A stretch of 64,000 nt of DNA from assembly GCA_019057795.1 (NCBI GenBank), contig JAHLWS010000053.1, positions 58,261 to 122,260 of the forward strand, read 5' to 3'. Made by a program: the position numbers and the translations under genes. Position 1 is the stretch's first letter, and every line of letters starts with the position of its first letter. The notes under the pieces are model-generated. The model saw only the letters and a list, made by a program, of their open reading frames with translations, was not told where the DNA came from and made no database searches. Origin of the DNA: Promethearchaeota archaeon (GTDB lineage: Archaea; Asgardarchaeota; Lokiarchaeia; Sigyniarchaeales; SOKP01). Positions 63,247 through 64,000 of the stretch are shown here, piece after piece.

Positions 63247-64000
63247 TTATAAACCCTTGAATAGCCCAATTTCTTCTAAAAATTCAACCTTATTTTTAAA
63301 CCCTTTTTCTTTGTTTTTAATGCCGTGGAGATCGAACAATTTCCTTTGAATGGATTTTTGAAGCGTTCCCTGACTAATACGTAAAAACTCACATATGGGA
63401 CCCAGGGCGATATCTTCACGTTTAGAGCGTATTTTTGCTATTCCTATAACTAAACCGGCAATAACATCGTCTTTCGAATCTTTTATTAAGCCCCAAAACT
63501 TATCCAATATCTTCTCTGATTGAAAGTATAGGTTCATTCCCAATTTTTTCTCATTAATAACGCCCCCCATTCGATTAAGAATGTATTTTTTCCGATCCCT
63601 GTTTTGGTATTTTGACCAAAAGTCTTTCATGCGGCTTCTGAAAACATTGAATTCTGTGTTTGATAAGTCCGAATTTTCAAGAAGGGTTCCTTGGTCAATA
63701 ACTATATTATTTTTTTTATAGTAAAAATAGATCACGCAAGGGATTAACTTCTCAGGATTCCGAAATTTCTTACTTTTTTTAAAATGAGGGCGAATCTCGT
63801 TATATTTTTTAAGAATTTTCGATATATCCTTATCTGGCCGTCCCAGCTTTTCAAGGAGGGTTTTAGTTTGAATGAACGCAGCTTGCATAGTTTCCTCGGG
63901 ATGAGGAATCATAGAATTTAATTTATTTAAATATGCTATTTTTCCTCTATTGTTAGACCGTTCTCGTTCTCTTTCGTTTCCCATCGTAGTTTTAAGGGTA
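63247..64000 (-). CDS. divergent TFB-like cyclin-fold protein, 5'-truncated by the window edge
   Basis: The frame is open beyond 63984 (TLKTTMGNERER, resembling the TFB linker); two cyclin-like repeats (RNPEKLIPCVIYF; VIAGLVI...ICEFLRISQGTL). Confidence 0.55.
   Translation of the reverse strand, partial: TLKTTMGNERERERSNNRGKIAYLNKLNSMIPHPEETMQAAFIQTKTLLEKLGRPDKDISKILKKYNEIRPHFKKSKKFRNPEKLIPCVIYFYYKKNNIVIDQGTLLENSDLSNTEFNVFRSRMKDFWSKYQNRDRKKYILNRMGGVINEKKLGMNLYFQSEKILDKFWGLIKDSKDDVIAGLVIGIAKIRSKREDIALGPICEFLRISQGTLQKSIQRKLFDLHGIKNKEKGFKNKVEFLEEIGLFKGL

Overview
AT-rich archaeal chromosome segment, almost certainly from an Asgard archaeon of the Lokiarchaeia lineage. The evidence is a Loki/MBG-B-type 16S rRNA unlinked from 23S, several Roadblock/LC7 proteins, MglA/Arf-like small GTPases, a probable cDENN protein and three TFB-family genes. 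Most of the window is core housekeeping: pyrI, trpB2, trm5, tgtA, AK6, tfb, ABCE1, class I lysS, rpl3-rpl4-rpl23, cdc6, rps17e, a YchF-type GTPase, a thermosome subunit and tsr3. It also holds seven tRNA genes and a dispersed Tad/Flp-like pilus set. An accessory region at about 54-64 kb surrounds a tRNA cluster. The most notable observations are not in the ORF track: (1) a tRNA-Asn(GUU) gene that only folds after removing FOUR bulge-helix-bulge (BHB) introns, with a 4-nt exon and apparent obligatory splicing order; (2) a 16-codon Trp-rich leader ORF (MVTKDILFCWQWPWRS) with an overlapping hairpin and U-tract upstream of trpB2, resembling ribosome-mediated Trp attenuation; (3) a structured candidate ncRNA between a HEPN-motif gene and a DUF3800 gene; (4) a candidate replication origin with inverted ORB-like boxes; (5) a Roadblock gene that appears to start at ATC; (6) an in-frame UGA in trpB2. 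All calls come from reading the sequence by eye; no searches or folding programs were run.
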